The translations under genes were made by a program, and so were the position numbers. Below the pieces are notes generated by a model that saw only the letters and a list, made by a program, of their open reading frames with translations, searched no databases and was not told the DNA's origin. A DNA stretch of 62,697 nt, counting the filler, from Mycoplasmatota bacterium (GTDB taxonomy: Bacteria; Bacillota_I; Bacilli_A; RF39; UBA660), in assembly GCA_012727915.1 (NCBI GenBank). It is 4 parts of 4 records of this genome, joined end to end, with 100 filler letters (N's around TTAATTAATTAA, not from the genome) between each part and the next. Parts side by side here need not be neighbours in the genome. Positions count along the whole stretch, not along the records: positions 60,660 to 62,697 come from JAAYGD010000052.1; 3 more parts are not named here. One strand, written 5' to 3'. Numbering within the stretch: the first letter of the stretch is position 1; each line of letters starts with the position of its first letter. Positions 60,764 to 62,697 of this stretch are shown in pieces.

Positions 60764-61615
60764 ATGAAAGAAAGTAAGATGCATTTAATTAACCAAATTT
60801 TTAATAACGAAGAAATAAGAACTATTTGGAACAAAGAAGAAGAAAAATATTATATTAGTATTGTTGATGTTGTTGGAGTTTTATCAGAAAGCGAAAATCC
60901 CCAAATATATTGGAGAGTATTAAAAAATAGATTGCGTAAAGACGGAAATGAAACCGTTACAAATTGTAACGGTTTGAAATTAAAAGCAAAAGATGGTAAA
61001 TATCGTTTAACTGATGTTACAGATATTGAAGGAATGTTTAGGGTAATTCAATCAATTCCTTCGAAAAATGCAGAACCCTTTAAGCAATGGTTAGCAAGAC
61101 TTGGTAGTGAGAGAATAGATGAAATTTATGATCCTTCTATAGCACTTCAAAGAGCGATTGATGTATATAGAAAAAAAGGATACGATGAGGCTTGGATTGC
61201 AAAAAGAATAAAAGTATTACAAGATAGAAAACAACTTACTGATCTTTGGAATGAGGGAGGTATTGAAGGCCCATTAGAATTTGCTATACTTACAAATGAG
61301 ATATATAAAACATGGTCGGGTATGTCATCTAAAGAATATAAAGAGTATAAGGGTCTCCAAAAAGAAAATTTAAGAGACAATATGGATAATATTGAATTAA
61401 TACTAACAGACTTATCTGAAGAAGCAACTAAGTTACTTACTTCTAAGAAAAAACCTAAAGGATTAAAAGAAAATATTAAAGTAGCTCACATAGGTGGTAA
61501 TGTTGCTAAAGTAGCAAAAGACAACTCGGAAGAAGAACTTGAAGAGGCGGTTATCAGTAAAAACAATAAATTAAAGATTGAGTATATAAAAAAAGGCGTA
61601 ATTGAAAAACAATAA
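60764..61615 (+). CDS. Bro-N domain / phage-antirepressor-like protein
   Basis: F....IR..W.......S..DV..L, YW.VLK.RL, DGK.RLTD, SIPS..AEPFK.WL, NLRDNM. Confidence 0.9.
   Translation: MKESKMHLINQIFNNEEIRTIWNKEEEKYYISIVDVVGVLSESENPQIYWRVLKNRLRKDGNETVTNCNGLKLKAKDGKYRLTDVTDIEGMFRVIQSIPSKNAEPFKQWLARLGSERIDEIYDPSIALQRAIDVYRKKGYDEAWIAKRIKVLQDRKQLTDLWNEGGIEGPLEFAILTNEIYKTWSGMSSKEYKEYKGLQKENLRDNMDNIELILTDLSEEATKLLTSKKKPKGLKENIKVAHIGGNVAKVAKDNSEEELEEAVISKNNKLKIEYIKKGVIEKQ
60951..60975. repeat. Perfect intragenic palindrome with 1-nt centre
   Basis: AAACCGTTACAA-A-TTGTAACGGTTT. Confidence 0.95.
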
Positions 61616-61688
61616 AGAGGCATGTTTTTGTTGATAAAAACAATTAACAAATTAATAATATTGTGATAATATATAATTAGGAGGAATT

Positions 61689-62429
61689 ATGAAGAAATTA
61701 CTTTTAGCGTTCGTAGGGGTTTTAATATTAAGTGGTTGTACAAATAAGGAAATGGTTACATATTATGAAAATACAAAAGCAGGTGGAGCAATAGATAGCT
61801 ATCAATTAGATTTAAGAATATATGGAACATATAATAAAAAAAGTTATTCTGAGATAGTAAGAGTTGATAATTATAAAGGAACTCAACTTAAGATAGATTA
61901 TATTAGTAAAAATGATGCTAGATTAAATAGAGATGTAATTAAAGAAGAAGTGGTTGATCCAACTTTAGAAAGTAAAGAACCTAATTTTGAAGATCCAAAT
62001 GGAGATCCCATATTAGATAGATTATCAGAAGATACTGCTATTTATGTAATAGATGGAAAGATTTATGAAAGAAAAGATGGAAGATATACTGAAATAGAAT
62101 CAGCATTATATTCTAATCCAAATGTATATTTAGAAACTATATCAAAAGGAAGCAATATAGAATTCTTATTTGATGAAAAGATTGGTGAAGAAAATTATAA
62201 GGTATATACTTTTAAAGTAAGTCCCACTAATATGAAACCAATGTTAGATGATGGAGTATTAAAAGATTTAGAATTAAAAGAAGATGTATCTGCTAAGTTA
62301 TGGATAGATAAAGATAGTAGAGTATATAAGGTAGTTTACTATATTAAAGACGGAACAGATAAATTAGAAATAAACGCTAGTATATTTAGAATTAATTCAA
62401 TTACAGATATGAGTCAAAGAATAAGATAG
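61689..62429 (+). CDS. Lipoprotein (possibly LppX/LolA-like fold)
   Basis: MKK plus hydrophobic stretch plus lipobox LSGC; LWIDKD..V.KV beta-strand pattern. Confidence 0.8.
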   Translation: MKKLLLAFVGVLILSGCTNKEMVTYYENTKAGGAIDSYQLDLRIYGTYNKKSYSEIVRVDNYKGTQLKIDYISKNDARLNRDVIKEEVVDPTLESKEPNFEDPNGDPILDRLSEDTAIYVIDGKIYERKDGRYTEIESALYSNPNVYLETISKGSNIEFLFDEKIGEENYKVYTFKVSPTNMKPMLDDGVLKDLELKEDVSAKLWIDKDSRVYKVVYYIKDGTDKLEINASIFRINSITDMSQRIR

Positions 62430-62456
62430 ATTTATCTATCTTTTTTATGCTATAAT
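62423..62456 (+). terminator. Terminator abutting an extended -10 promoter
   Basis: AAGATAGA-ttta-TCTATCTT, T tract, then TGCTATAAT. Confidence 0.75.
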
Positions 62457-62479
62457 GTTTTTATAATAGAGGTGAACTA

Positions 62480-62697
62480 ATGAATAACAAAGGATTTACT
62501 TTAATAGAATTGTTAGCAGTAATAGTAGTGTTATCTATAATATTAGTTATTGCGGTACCAAGAGTACTTGATGTAATAGAAGAAGCAGATAAGGAAGCAT
62601 TTAGAATAACTGGTGAACAATTAGTAAAATCTGCAATAGACAGATTAGAGATGAATTCAATGTATCCTCAAGATGATAAGACATATGTAATAACAGA
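62480..62697 (+). CDS. Type IV pilin/pseudopilin-type protein, 3' truncated by window edge
   Basis: MNNKG-FTLIELLAVIVVLSII.VIAVP prepilin cleavage/methylation motif; GAGGTG RBS. Confidence 0.92.
   Translation, partial: MNNKGFTLIELLAVIVVLSIILVIAVPRVLDVIEEADKEAFRITGEQLVKSAIDRLEMNSMYPQDDKTYVIT

Overview
This is a very AT-rich Bacillota (Bacilli) genome, probably an uncultured RF39-like lineage (inferred from gene content and the partial 16S). It uses translation table 11. The window is four contigs joined by N-gaps that each contain an artificial TTAATTAATTAA linker: 1-21980, 22081-41396, 41497-60559 and 60660-62697. Adjacency across the gaps is therefore unproven. Contig 1 holds gpmI, the S10-spc-alpha ribosomal cluster (no rpmD/L30), an SDR, ECF A/A'/T, a CtpA-like protease, a DUF402 protein and the 5' end of a 16S rRNA. 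Contig 2 holds a cell-envelope cluster (GT2, LtaS-like, LCP, cohesin-like anchor, dockerin-bearing autolysin), a Cys-rich repeat surface protein, priA, rpsB-tsf, parC and the start of murG. Contig 3 holds tRNA-Ser, miaB, ftsK, xerC and ppdK, then an accessory stretch (XRE, ABC exporter, tdk, ssb, DUF1016, two GNATs, hypotheticals), then gpsA and tagD. Contig 4 holds a Bro-N gene behind a LexA-type box, a lipoprotein and a pilin start. The main leads are as follows. (1) Integrase-free cargo genes are bracketed by duplicated 3' ends of host genes (ssb, ppdK) or by a duplicated terminator-promoter unit. (2) Two unrelated accessory genes (DUF1016, Bro-N) each carry a perfect, GC-rich, odd-length palindrome inside the coding sequence. 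(3) An adjacent non-cellulosomal cohesin-dockerin pair may tether a peptidoglycan hydrolase to the membrane. (4) The Cys-rich protein has a symmetric 8+tip+8 repeat layout. No CRISPR array, transposase, reverse transcriptase or prophage block was seen. All assignments come from reading the sequence by eye; no database searches were run.
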